The notes beneath the pieces are model-generated. The model saw nothing but the letters and a program-made list of their open reading frames with translations. It was not told the origin of the DNA and ran no database searches. A stretch of 64,000 bases of DNA from the human T2T-CHM13v2.0 reference genome, Homo sapiens: the NCBI RefSeq assembly GCF_009914755.1, contig NC_060935.1. One strand, given 5' to 3'. The position numbers were made by a program, and so were the translations under genes. How positions within the stretch are numbered: position 1 is the first letter of the stretch; every line of letters begins with the position of its first letter. Of this stretch, positions 1 to 43,980 are shown piece after piece.

Positions 1-170
1 AGCTGGGACTACAGGTGTGCACTACCATGTCAGGCTAATTTTTTAAATTTTTTTGTAGAAAGGAAATCTCACCATGTTGCCCAGGTTGGAACTCCTGGGC
101 TCAAGTGATCCTCCCGCTGTGGCCTGCCAAAGTGCTGGGATAACAGGGCAAGTGCCACCGTGCCTGGCCT
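1..170 (-). mobile_element. Alu fragment (AluJ-like), cut by window edge
   Basis: Antisense Alu left arm (gctgggactacagg...ccaaagtgctggga...cctggcc). Confidence 0.85.
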
Positions 171-665
171 GGGTGCATGTGTTTATTATGACAATTACCA
201 GCAGCCCCCCAGGCATCCCGTCCTCCTTCCCAGGAGCCTCGGCGTGTCTGTGGATGCCCCTGCATCTAGTGTCCAGCAGGCAGGCACGTGGCACATGTAA
301 AGGTAGGGGAGGTGCCTGGTGCAGGGCAGAGGGCGGTCCCGCAGCCCGCTGGCTGATCACACTGGACCCCACCTGAGGCGTACCTATCTCGTCCTCACAG
401 TGACCTAAGAGGTAGGCCTGAGCACCCACATTCCTGTTTCACAGCCAAGGACACAGAGGCACACAGAGGTTGAGAAACAGACTGAAGTGCGTGAGTTCAG
501 GTGGCTGGCCTGGGTGACTGCAGTGACACCCAGCCCCTCTGGCCCACCGAGAGTAGATTGCTCCAGAGTCCTCCTCAGTCGTCGGCACCATCCACTCCTC
601 CTTCCTGCAGGGGCATTTTCAGAACCCATAAGTGCCTGTTATTTCTCCCATTGCAAACAGAAAAC

Positions 666-1602
666 TGTGGGCGAAAGATTACCTAGGTGCCGAAGCAAGA
701 GACTGAAGGCACAAACTGTTTCAGTATAATAAAGAAAATAGAATAAGAATAGTCCTAATACGAATTAGATACAGAGATGATCATGGAAAATTATCAATCA
801 TTATTATAAATATTAGTCATTAGCTTTTAATATTACTCTTTGTGGCATTACTAATACAACCTAGGAATAACCGGCGGGTATAGGGTCAGGTGCTGAAGGG
901 ACGTTGTGAGAAGTGACCTAGAAGGCAAGAGGTGAGCCCTCTGTCACGCCAACATAAGGGCCGCTTGAGGGCTCCTTGGTCAAGCGGTAACGCCAGTGCC
1001 TGGGAAGGCACCCGTTACTTAGCCGACCGTGAAAGGGAGTCTCCTTTCCTTGGAGGAGTCAGGGAACACTCTGCTCCACCAGCTTCTTGTGGGAGGCTGG
1101 ATATTCTCCAGGCCTGGCCCGCAGTCATCCGGAGGCCTAACCCCCTCCCTGTGGTGCTTGAATGATCACACTCCTTATCCACTTTCATGCTCCTCCTGTA
1201 CTCCTGGCTCCTCTTTGAAGTTCGTAGTAGATAGCGGTAGAAGAAATAGTGAAAGTCTTAAAGTCTTTGATCGTTCTTCTAAGTGCAGAGAAGAAAATGC
1301 TGACATATGCTGCCTTCTCTCTTTGCTTCGGCTGCCTAAGAGGGAAGGGCCCCCTGTCCTATGATCACGTGACTTGCTTCACTTTATCACTTAGAAGATT
1401 CACCCTCCTTACCCTGCCCCCTTGTCTTGTATGCAATAAATATCAGCGCACCTAGGCGCTCAGGGCCACTACCGGTCTCCACGTCTTGATGGTAGTGGTC
1501 CCCCGGGGCCCAGCTGCTCTTTATCTCGTGTCTTTATTACAATCTCTGGTCTCTGCACACGGGGAGGACACCTGCTAAGCCCCCGTAGGGCTGGACCCTA
1601 CA
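666..1602 (+). mobile_element. Solo ERVK-class LTR (LTR13-like)
   Basis: Begins TGTGGGCG and ends GGACCCTACA (TG...CA). Flanked by a 6-bp target-site duplication GAAAAC (660-665 and 1603-1608). Internal AATAAA at 1435-1440. Family assigned from recalled LTR13 consensus ends. Confidence 0.85.
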
Positions 1603-2900
1603 GAAAACCACACCCCTCTCTTGCCCTGCTCCTTAGTTACCTCCACCTTTACCTTCCCCTTTGCAGCAAATTGACCTGAAAGAGAAGTTGGTGTTCACAG
1701 CCCCTGCGTGCTCTCTGCTCACTCTCCAAACTCCAGCCCCTGGCCCCAGCGCCGCTGGCCCTCGGTGAGTCGCAGTGGCCCACCCTGCTGCACCCAGGCT
1801 CCCTCCCCCGCCTGTGTGTGCACGCCCTCTCTGGCTTCCAGAAGCCCCTCTCCTGGTTTGTCCTCCGGCCCCCACCCCTAGCACCCCCGTGCCCCTTCCT
1901 AGTCTCCTTTGCAGATTCCAAACCTCTTCAAGTTGGAGTCCCAGAGTTCAGGCACTGGTCCCCAGTCACACCCCACATGCGATTCCCACATAGTTCTCTT
2001 CATCCAGTGCAGCCTCTGCCCACTGCATCTCCTCTGACACGTCCCATTCCCCCAAGGGCGCTAGATAAAGGGGCACCTGCGGACACACACGCTGAGGCTC
2101 CTGGGAAGGAGGACCGACCGCCTGTGTTCAGCTTAGAGCCCCCGACCTCCATCTGTCGCTGCTCCTCGGGGGCTGCTGGTAGTTGTCATAATAAACACAG
2201 ACACCCACGATGAGACGTGAACACGCTCCTCAGTGAGCATTCTTGGGCAGTGCACAACCTCCCCAGCCATGCCAGCCCGCGCTCAGGCCTCCCCCGTCTT
2301 CCCCGTCTCTCCGGCGTCGGTTCTCAAGCTCGTCCTTCCCCGCCTCATTTCTCCAAAAGTCCGCAGCAAATCCTGGCAACTCCGCCTTCAGCATCTACCG
2401 GGAGCGGGCACTTCCCACACCTGCGCAGACCCACCCGGGCCCCAGCCCAGGCAGCCCCTGCACGGGGAGCCCGCGGGTCTCTGGCGCCCGCTCGGGACGC
2501 CTCCCCAGCGCTCCCCGCAGAGCGGCCAGGGGGTCTCGCGAGTCCGCGCCTGCTCGGGATCCCCGGAGCCTCCCCTGGTGCGCTGCAGCCACGCAGGCCT
2601 GCGTCCCGAGGCCCACACGGCTTCTGCGCGGCATCCTCAGGACGACCTGGAGCCAAATCCACACGGGACGGCACAGCAGCGTCCTGCCGAGCCCGCCTCG
2701 TCCGCCAGCGCGCACGATTCACCGCGCCTGCTGCGGGACGGGCGGACGCGGGGCTGGGCTGGAATAGCCGGCTCACGGAGGGCTCCGGCAGTGTTTGGTC
2801 AGAGGAGCGCGGCGCTGGTAGCAGGCGACGCCAGGACTCTTCTCCCCAGGTGCTCCCGCCGCGCGCGGGGCTAGGGAGGAGCTGCGGGCGGGGTTGCGGC
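826..2900 (-). ncRNA. Possible divergent lncRNA from the PHRF1 CpG island (LOC143666-like); boundaries approximate
   Basis: Recalled annotation of a divergent transcript at this locus. Sequence support is limited to the CpG island and minus-strand ATTAAA (826-831) and AATAAA (1533-1538) inside the LTR. Confidence 0.3.
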
Positions 2901-3165
2901 GTGGGGGCGGGGCTGCGAGGGTGGGGGCGGGGCTGCGAGGGTGGGGGCGGGGCTGCGGAGCAGCGGGCGTGAGGCGGGGCTGCGAGGGAGGGGGCGGGGC
3001 CGTGGGCGGCCGTCCCGAGGCAGGGCGGGGCTGCAGACGTGGGGGCGGAGCTGCGGGCGCGAGGCGGGGCGGGGCTGCGGGGGTGGGGGCGGGGCTACGT
3101 GCGTGGGGGCGGGGTGGGGCTGCGGGCCCGAGGAGGGACGGGGCTGCGGGCGTGGGGGCGGAGCT
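2880..3165 (+). repeat. Degenerate ~20-bp G-rich minisatellite (GGGGGCGGGGCTGCGAGGGT)
   Basis: More than 10 imperfect tandem copies just upstream of PHRF1 exon 1. Confidence 0.8.
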
Positions 3166-3489
3166 GACGTACAGGAAGCAGCTCCCATTCGCTCTGGGCG
3201 GTGGGCGGAGATCCGGGCGGTACCAGCTGTCCCGGCCGCGGGGGGGACGGCCTGGACCAGCCCATGGTCGCGGGTTAAACAGTACGAGCTCTTCCAGGAT
3301 ATTGGTCTCCCCGGGCGGCAGTCCTGCATTAAAGAGTGTTTCCAAGGTGGAAGGGAGGCCGTTTGAACGCCTCGAGACCCCCGGCTGCAAGGAGTGGCAC
3401 CTTCCTCACTTCAGTCATTTCTTTCCCGCTCTGGTCTCAGTGGTTCCAGTCAGCGAGCAGGACAGAGGAGCCCGGAAGAGGCGCCGTGC

Positions 3490-3610
3490 ACTTCCGGGTC
3501 GAAGAGCGCACGGCGGCGGCAGAGGCGGCGGCGGCCGGGCCTAGGAGCGACTCTCGGTCGTGCAGCGGCGGCGAGCGCTCGCGAGCGGCTGCGGGACGCG
3601 AGGTTTCCGG
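3490..3610 (+). other. PHRF1: PHRF1 non-coding exon 1 (start approximate)
   Basis: Strong donor CGG|GTAAGT at 3610/3611, downstream of the ETS sites. Confidence 0.75.
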
Positions 3611-3767
3611 GTAAGTGCGGCGGCCGCGCCGGCCCTGGGGGCCCTGCTCCTCCGGGCCGCGGGCCGCCTGTGGGCGCCACGCGCTTTGTCTGCGGCCTGC
3701 ACCGCGGGGCGAGGCCTGCGCCGCGCTGGCCGCGGGCCGGGAGGGCGGGCGGGCGCGCGCGCGCTGA

Positions 3768-3832
3768 GAGGCCCCGCCGAGACTGGGAGGCCCCGCCGAG
3801 ACTGGGAGGCCCCGCCGAGACTGGGAGGCCCG
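3768..3832 (+). repeat. 20-bp tandem repeat x3 (GAGGCCCCGCCGAGACTGGG)
   Basis: Three direct copies in PHRF1 intron 1. Confidence 0.85.
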
Positions 3833-5536
3833 TGGCCTGCGGGCGGACGTCCTGGGCTTGCGAGGACGCGGCGAGAGCCCACTCGCCTCGCTCTGTGGCA
3901 CCCACGCCCATGCCCCCTGCGAGTCCGCCCTGCCGCGTTTGGGAGAGAGCTGTGACTTCGTTGCCTTGTGTCCGGCCCCTGTGCATGGTTGCCGTCGTGG
4001 GCTTCTGGCCTTGTCTGCATGTCCACAGGCCTGTGTGGCTGGCGGTTTTCCTATTCCTTAACTCTTGCAGTCCTCACAAGAGCCTCTCAGGTGTAGGTAT
4101 TGTTCCCGTTTTACAGAGGAGGGGATTGGAGCCCAGAAAGGCTAAGTAACTGGCCAGCGCCGGCAGCCGGGGATCCGCGCCAGCCCCGACTCCTACCATG
4201 CTCCTTTTGACGGGGCTTGTGTTGCCCCTTCTTCGGAGTTTATGTGCTTTACTTGTTTCGACAACAGCAGAACAGCAGTCAGCTGGGTGAACCACGTTCT
4301 GGCCAGTGGTCAATGGACAGGCTCTGAGGCCGAGCTGAGGTTTGACTTCGGGTTTGGCATAGTTGATCTCTCTCCTGGACCATCCGGTTTTCTTTCTTAT
4401 TGGAAGAATGTTAAGTCAGAGTGCTAGTGGATGGATGACACCTCAGCATCATGGCCATGACAAGCCTGGCCTTGGCCCTCAGCAGGGCTGTGTTTATCTC
4501 AGGCCCGCGGAGACCTTTGTGCGTGCCTGACTTTTTGACTTCCATTGCAGTTGACAATTTTGAGTTCTCCTAGCTGATACAGCAGATGGTGAATACAAGA
4601 ATAAAAGTCGGCCTGAGTTGAGGTGTTGGACTTGGCTGCAGGCTTGTTCAGTGCCTGGGATGGGCACTCAGGTGCCGAGACTGGCGTGGAACGGGGTTGC
4701 AGGCACCCCGGACACCAGAGGCCCTTTTCATTCCTTAGTAACAGTTGGGACTGCCAATGCATTGGTTCCCCTGAATTTGAAAAGAGAGAGAAATAGCCTT
4801 TCCAGTTTTTTGTTTTCCTCTTTAATCCCCCAAATCTGGAGGCTAAGCAGGAGAGTCACAGTGGTTCCTCCACCCCAGAGCTCTGCTAGCCCAGCCAAAG
4901 GTGGCCAGCAGCTGGGAAGGGCTGTGGTCTTTTCTGCAGAAATGGCTTCCTGGCCTGTGGCCTGGGACATGGCAGAGGTGGGTATGGGGAAGGGAAGATT
5001 TGTTGGAGTTGGGGCTGCTGGTGCAACCAGGAGGTCCTAAGCTAGGGGCTCCCATTAACCCAGCATCCTAACTACAGGTCCTGGTGGTCCCAAACAGGTC
5101 TTGTGCCTGGTGCTTGTGCCAGAGGGTACCTGCGGAGGCTTCCTGGGTTATTTTGTGTTCTCTGGCAAAATAGCCCCTGGTTACTTTTGTGTGATATCGA
5201 GGAAGGATGTTGTTCAGCCTCACGTAACCTGAACGTTCCTGCTGCTGTGGTGGAGGAGTGTAAGAGGCCCGTGGAGTCTTCCCTCACCAGCTGTGGTAAA
5301 GTTCAAAGGCCTCAGGACTTAGCCCCACAGGTGCATGGACTCGCAAAGTTCAGCCTCATTCCTGAGCTGGTATTTCTGGCCAGCTCCTATGTGCCAAACC
5401 CCACACGGCCTCACTGATCTCTTCTGGCAGCCCTGGGGCAAGCCCTGCCATTGCCTGTCGCCCCACCTAACCCTTGGAGGTGGTCCCCAATCTCAGTGCA
5501 TCAAGGGAGAGGCCAGGAGCTGTTTGTTCACATACT

Positions 5537-6045
5537 ACGGCTCACTGCAGCCTCGAACTCCTGAGCTGAAGTGATCTTTGCACCTCAGACTCCCGAGCAG
5601 CTGGGACTACAGGCGGTTTCCACCACACCTACCTGGTTTTTAACGGTTTTGCCATGTTGCCCAGGCTGGTCTCATAACTTGCAGGCTCAAGTGATCTGCC
5701 TGCCTCAGCCTCCCAAAGTGCTGGGATTACAAGCATGAGCCACCACGGCCGGCTGATTCACATTTTTTTTTTTGAGACTGAGTCTCACTCTGTCGCCCAG
5801 TGGCATGTAGTGGCGCGATCTCAGCTCACTGCAACCTCCGCCTGCCAGGTTCAAGCAATTCTCCTCCGGAGTAGCTGGGACTACAGGTGCACGCCGCCAC
5901 GCCCGGCTCATTTTTTCTATTTTAGTAGAGATGGGGTTTCACTGTGTTGCCTAGGCTGGTCTTGAACTACGGAGCTCAGGCCGTCTGCCCACCTTGGTCT
6001 CCCAAAGTGCTAGGATGACAGGCGTGAGCCACTGCACCTGGCTAC
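5537..6045 (-). mobile_element. Two antisense Alus
   Basis: Alu arm motifs and poly-T head. Confidence 0.85.
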
Positions 6046-6123
6046 CAATTCACATTTTTTACTTTCTATGTGAAATTCATCATCAAATGAGGATTTGCAC
6101 TCGGGACAGTTGGACCCTGGGAC

Positions 6124-6192
6124 TCCCCCAGCCCTGCTCCTCCCCCCAGCCCTGCTCCTCCCCCCAGCCCTGCTTTTCCCCCCAGCCCTGCT
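6124..6192 (+). repeat. ~19-bp tandem repeat x4 (CCCCCAGCCCTGCTCCTC)
   Basis: Direct tandem copies. Confidence 0.8.
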
Positions 6193-7520
6193 CTGTTATC
6201 TCTTAGGTGGTCTCTTTGAAGTGTTCCTTGGTAGATTCATGTGAGAGAGTCTGCCTCCCTCTTTCAGATATGTTTCTCCAGGGCAGGGACTGCATTCGCC
6301 TTGTGCTGCACAAAGTAGGAGCAGGGTAGGTGTTGGAGCAGGCGTCCTGGAAGATGTGGGGTCTGTTGTCAGGGTGGTCACAGCTATTGCCAGGGAGTTA
6401 AGGTCCTCTTATCTGAGAGCTGTGGTCACTGCTAGGTCTCAGTGCATGCTGTGGGAGAGGGGTCACCCTCCTGGATGGGCCGTGGCCCTCGTGTGTCTCT
6501 CAGAGCCAGTGTCTCTAGGATTCAGGTGCGGGACGAGCAGGGCGTCTCTGCGGAGTTGCTGGGTCCACCAAGCACCAGGGGTGCAGACTGCCTTGAGCGG
6601 GGATCATGACCAGGTGTTTTCACCTTAGGGTGGCAGGTAGAAGAAAGGTTAATTACTAATTTGGCAAAACTACTTCTACAATCGCTGTTTCCAGGCAGTA
6701 GTAAGATTTGGCAGTTGACAGTTGGATGGAGTTGACATTCTTCACTGTTTTATAAGGCATCATCTTAGAATCTAGGGTTTTGCACTGTCTTGTCAGATGG
6801 GAAGTGAGGCCGTCCTGGTTTCTGAGCCCCGTTAGGGTTTGTTGTCCAGGGGTTTCCAGACAGCAGTGGCGCTGACAGCCACTTTCCCCCGTTGCTGTGG
6901 TACATGTGCAGCCCACAGTGGTGGTGGGAGCTGAGCTCCAATGCAAGGAGGCCCTGAACTCGAGGGCAGCTCTGGCCCCCTACTTCCTGGCCTCTTGTGC
7001 GATGCGCTTTCCTCTGATCATGGATGGAGGTTGGACTTGGTGGGAAACAGAGTGCTGCAGGGCCGGCTTCACTGCCTCGCTGGATTCCTGACTCACTCTC
7101 CTAGGACAGGCCTTTCCTCCGAGAGTCGCCTGGGAAACAAGGTCAATAGCACTGATGAGAAATGAACCACGTGCACGTATCTCCTTTCTTATCTGGGACC
7201 AAAGTTTGAGGCCCTGGTGTGGAAGGAGGAGCGTGTCCAACTAGATTTCCCAAGGCTTTGTACGGGATCCTGTGTGGTTTCACAGTGACCTTGCAGAGTG
7301 GGAAGGGCAGGGGTCCCGGCTGACGGGTCAGGGCCTTGAGCAAGTGGTCTTGGGAGCCGAGGGGTGGGCCTGGCCTCTGTGCCTTCTGCCTCCTCAGCTC
7401 TGGGTACCACTGGGGACTCAGCAGCACCCTGGTGGATGGGGTTGGGGTGCGGTCAGAGGAGCCTCCAGGCATCCCAACAGTGGCCAGCCTTGGCAGGGAG
7501 AGCACCCTACGTGTCACTGA

Positions 7521-8052
<532 letters not shown>

Positions 8053-8434
8053 TAAAAACAAATTTTTATTTTCTGGCCGGGTACAGTGGCCAGCTAGGAT
8101 CTGGCTTTATGGGTAGCTCTGTAAATGTGAATCATGTGTAAGGCTTACTGGTGAGGGTTGTTCTGTGGGTGATATCTTAGGGCTCACCCTTCACGTGCTG
8201 TGGCGGTGGATGTGACACTGGGACACTGGGGTGTGGCCTGTGGGGATACTGCTGAGAGTTGTTCTGTGGGTGATATCTCAGGGCTCACTCTTCACGTGCT
8301 GTGGCGGTGGATGTGACACGGGGATGTGGCCTGTGGGGAGAGGTCATAACTCTTCAGAGGGTTCTTTGCAGCCTGGGACAGTTTGGAAGTTGCTTGGCTC
8401 TTCTTTCTTTCAGAGCTGAGCTCAATGTGCAGCA

Positions 8435-40423
<31,989 letters not shown>

Positions 40424-40442
40424 GGCCAGGCAATCACGGGCT

Positions 40443-40559
40443 ATGCCGGGGGAGCTGTCGGGAGTGGCGGGAATCGGGGCCATGCCCGGGGAGCTGTCGG
40501 GAGTGGCGGGAATTGGGGCCATGCCCGGGGAGCTGTCGGGAGTGGCGGGAAATGGGGGG
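40443..40559 (+). repeat. 39-bp tandem repeat x3 in the PHRF1 3' UTR
   Basis: ATGCCCGGGGAGCTGTCGGGAGTGGCGGGAATCGGGGCC copies. Confidence 0.9.
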
Positions 40560-41215
40560 CATCAGCATGCCTGCCGTCGGGTTCCTGCGCTGACACCTGG
40601 TCTGTGCACCTGTGTTGCTCACAGTTGAAAACTGGACACTTTTGTATGTATATTATAGAGACACTGTTTCCATTCTAATTTATCAAAAATGGATTATCTT
40701 TAGAAACCTCTTGATTGACTTACTACTTGGAAGATAAAGCACTTGGTGATCAAGAGGGGCTCCTGGTGGGGTGGCGCGTCCTTGATAAATCTCCAGGTGG
40801 CCTCCCGCCAACAGCTGCTGTGTACCTCTGGCTCTGAATTAGGAATATCTTTACTTTCTCTTTTCCAATTATGTTGTGCTCTTGTAAATAATTGCTCGAG
40901 TTTGCACTCAACACCGTTGCCTCCTGGAGGCAGGGTGCAGCAGTGGCAGCCTGAGGGCTGGCGACAGGTGTCCTGCATGGGGAAATGCTGTCCCTGCCCT
41001 CGGCACAGCTGGTGGGAGTGGCTTTGGCGGCCACTGGCCTGTCAAGGGTCTTGTTCTTTGAGTCAAAGCTTGGCTGTGATGTGTGTGGTGAAGACAGAAG
41101 TGAGTTGGTGTGCAGGGAGGCCGTGGAGGTCCCCTCCCTCCCTGGGCCTCACCCGTGTTCAGCCTGGACCCAATTCCCCACCAGCCAAGATGCCAGTACG
41201 TGTTCTGGAGTTCTT

Positions 41216-41221
41216 TTTATT
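41216..41221 (-). terminator. IRF7: IRF7 poly(A) signal AATAAA
   Basis: TTTATT on +, about 70 nt after the stop codon. Confidence 0.85.
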
Positions 41222-41290
41222 AGACTGGGCGGCCGCGGCCAGCTCTAGGTGGGCTGCTCCAGCTTTCTGGAGTTCTCATTAGACTGGGTT

Positions 41291-43980
41291 CTAGGCGGGC
41301 TGCTCCAGCTCCATAAGGAAGCACTCGATGTCGTCATAGAGGCTGTTGGCGCTGGACAGGCAGAGGCTGAGGCTGCTGCTATCCAGGGAAGACACACCCT
41401 CACGCTGCGTGCCCTCTAGGTGCACTCGGCACAGCCAGGGTTCCAGCTGCCAGGAGGGATCGGGCGTCTGTCAGTGACCCGGCGTGTGGCCTCCCCTCCC
41501 CCTCCCCAGGCTCTGAGGGCGTCGGGCGTCTGTCAGTGACCCGGTGTATGGCCTCCCCTCCCCCTCTCCGAGGCTCTGAGGGCATCAGGCGTCTGTCAGT
41601 GGGCCTGAGCACGTGGCCTCCCCTCCTTGAGGCTCTGGTCTCACCTTCACCAGGACCAGGCTCTTCTCCTTGGGCCTCCCAGCTGACAGGTCCTGCCCGA
41701 AGCCCAGGTAGATGGTATAGCGTGGGGAGCCACGGCGCTGCCGTGCCCGGAATTCCACCAGCTCTGAAGAAGGGGACTCTGCTGAGTACCTGGCAGGCAG
41801 GTGCTCCCAACGACCCCTGGAGACAGCCCCCCAGGCAGGGGCCTCACTGACCTCGGAAGAAGACTCTGAAGTCGAAGATGGGGGTGTCACAGTTCCGAGG
41901 CAGCAGGCAGGCTGGGGTGGAGGGGCTGGCGGAGCCTGGGGGGCCGCCCACCTCCCAGTACACCTTGCACTTGCCCATGCGCCGGGCCCACAGCTGTGGC
42001 CCCCGAAGCTCCAGGTGCAACCCAGGGGCCACGTGCCGCAGCAGTTCCTCCGTGTAGCGCAGCTGCTTCTGGTCCGGGAGCTCGGCAGGGCTGGGGAATG
42101 CTACCTGCTGGGGGTCTGTGGCCCGGACAGCTGGGTCTGGGGGGCCGTATAGGAACGTGCAGCTCGGGTGTCCCACCACCTTCTGCAGCACCGTGCGGCC
42201 CTTGTACATGATGGTCACGTCCAGCGCCCCTGGGCTGGGCTCTGTGTGGAGACCAAGCTGTGAGTGACGGGGGTGGGCGGGGACAGGCTGTGAGTGACGG
42301 GGGTGGGCGGGGGCAGGATGTGAGTGATGGGTGGGCGGGGACAAGCCGTGAGTGACGAGGGTGGGCGGGGACGGGCTGCCCCTTCCTGGGATGCACTCAC
42401 CTTGCACCGCGGTGCAGGCGCTTGGGGAGGGTGACAGGTACGGCTCTGCCTGGTGCGGGGACTCTGGGGCCGCGGCCTCGCCTGCATCCGGAAGGGAATC
42501 CTGTGCTGGCACCTCATCCCTAGCCTCTCCCTGTGCCCCAGGCCTCCCAACCCCTACCCCTCTCACCTGTCGTTAGTGCCGCGGGCTGGGGCCCGGGGCT
42601 GGGGGTCGTCTCTACTGCCCACCCGTACAGCTCCCCAGCAGGGAGCCCTGGGCCTGAGGAGGGGAGGACAGTGGGAACGGTGGTCCCCTCCTAATTCTCC
42701 AGCTCCCCAATCCCCAGCCCCCTTCTAAAGTGTCCGTCCAGGTGCACTGGCCCCTCCCGCGCTCCCCCCCTCCCCGGGCACGCCCACACCTCCAGCACAG
42801 GCCCCAGTCAGGGGAAGCCCTTCTTGTCCCTCTCCAGGAGCCTTGGTTGGGACTGGATCTGCCCCCCATGACGCTGTCAGCAGATGGTCTGCCAGGCAGC
42901 TCTGTTGCACTGCCTGGAGCAGGAGGTCCCCCTCGTCACCAGCTGGGGCAGGGAGGGGGCCTGGGGCTTGGAGTCCAGCATGTGTGTGTGCCAGGAATGG
43001 CCCTGGGGGCCCACCCTGCAGGGAAAAGTCAGGGTGAACGTAAGCAGCTCCGCGGCCTGGCAGGAGGAGAGGCAGGCAGAGAGAAGGGTACCTGTGGTGG
43101 TGGGACAGCTGCGGGGGCCTCTGCCTCAGTCTGGTCCGTGCCTGGGCCTTCTGAGAGAGAATGGGGCAGGCGTTAGGCCCCGACACCAGAGTGAGAGATA
43201 CAAGGAGAGCCTGGTGTAGCCCCCACCAGCTTCCTGGCTGTGAACCCTTAGGCTGTGGCCTGAGGAGGTGGGGATGTGGCTCTCCACCTGTCCTGGGCCT
43301 GCTGGCAGCCTCTCCCAGAACAGCTTCTAAAACCACAAATCTGACCCAGAGAATGTTCCCCTTTGCCCAAGCAGGACGAATGCCAACGCCCTTGGCAGCC
43401 GGCGTCGCTCACCTCGCCAGCACAGCTCCCGGCTGAGCGCGTACACCTTGTGCGGGTCGGCCGGGTCCCCCGAGTTATCTCGCAGCATCACGAAGCGACG
43501 CGTGCTGCGCAGTGCGCAGCGGAAGTTGGTTTTCCAGCCGGCGCGCTCCGCAGTCTCAGCCTCGGGGGGCGGGCCACCTCCCCTGCTGCTAGGCGGCCAC
43601 CTGCCGCGGGCCACAGCCCAGGCCTTTAGAGGGGGACAGAACACGTGTGCCGGGCCCGCGGGGTCCTAGGCGGGCTCTCCCACCCGGGGCGGGGCGGGGC
43701 TGGGGTCCCCACCTTGAAGATGCGCGCGTCGGCCTCGCTCAGGTCCTTGCGCGCGAAGTGCTTCCAGGGCACGCGGAAACAGGTGCGGGCCTCGTCCAGC
43801 CACTGCAGCCCCTCATAGCAGCCGCTGCTGATCTCTCCAAGGAGCCACTCTCCGAACAGCACGCGTGGGGCTGCCCTGCGGGTGCCCGGCCGCGGAGAGT
43901 CAGGGCCGGCTGCAGGGCGCTCGGGGACTGGCATCTGGAGAGGGTGGGCCGGGCTCTTACCTCTCAGGAGCCAAGGCCAT
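41291..43980 (-). CDS. IRF7: Interferon regulatory factor 7, isoform A, 503 aa
   Basis: Coding exons (5'->3'): 43980-43961, 43875-43713, 43623-43413, 43150-43092, 43015-42790, 42653-42567, 42481-42401, 42241-41852, 41763-41645, 41446-41291; total 1512 nt. [19 protein letters not shown] tryptophan-repeat IRF DNA-binding domain, IAD, and C-terminal serine cluster [33 protein letters not shown]. Confidence 0.98.
41460..41630 (+). repeat. ~63-bp imperfect repeat x3 in the IRF7 last intron
   Basis: GGCGTCTGTCAGTGACCCGG...GGCTCTGAGGGC copies. Confidence 0.8.
42258..42371 (+). repeat. ~30-bp minisatellite x4 in an IRF7 intron
   Basis: CTGTGAGTGACGGGGGTGGGCGGGGACAGG copies. Confidence 0.85.

Larger units (their letters stand above)
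2300..4000. promoter_or_regulatory. PHRF1: PHRF1 CpG island promoter
   Basis: Very CpG-rich, many GGGGCGGGG Sp/KLF boxes, paired ETS sites CCGGAAG (3472-3478) and CTTCCGG (3491-3497), no TATA box. Confidence 0.9.

Noticed and set aside
2217-4149. Overlapping 130-250 aa Arg/Gly/Pro-rich ORFs
   Set aside because: Expected stop-codon depletion in a CpG island and G-rich repeat.
8150-8340. ~100-bp local duplication before PHRF1 exon 2
   Set aside because: Two copies with no splice or coding consequence that I can support.
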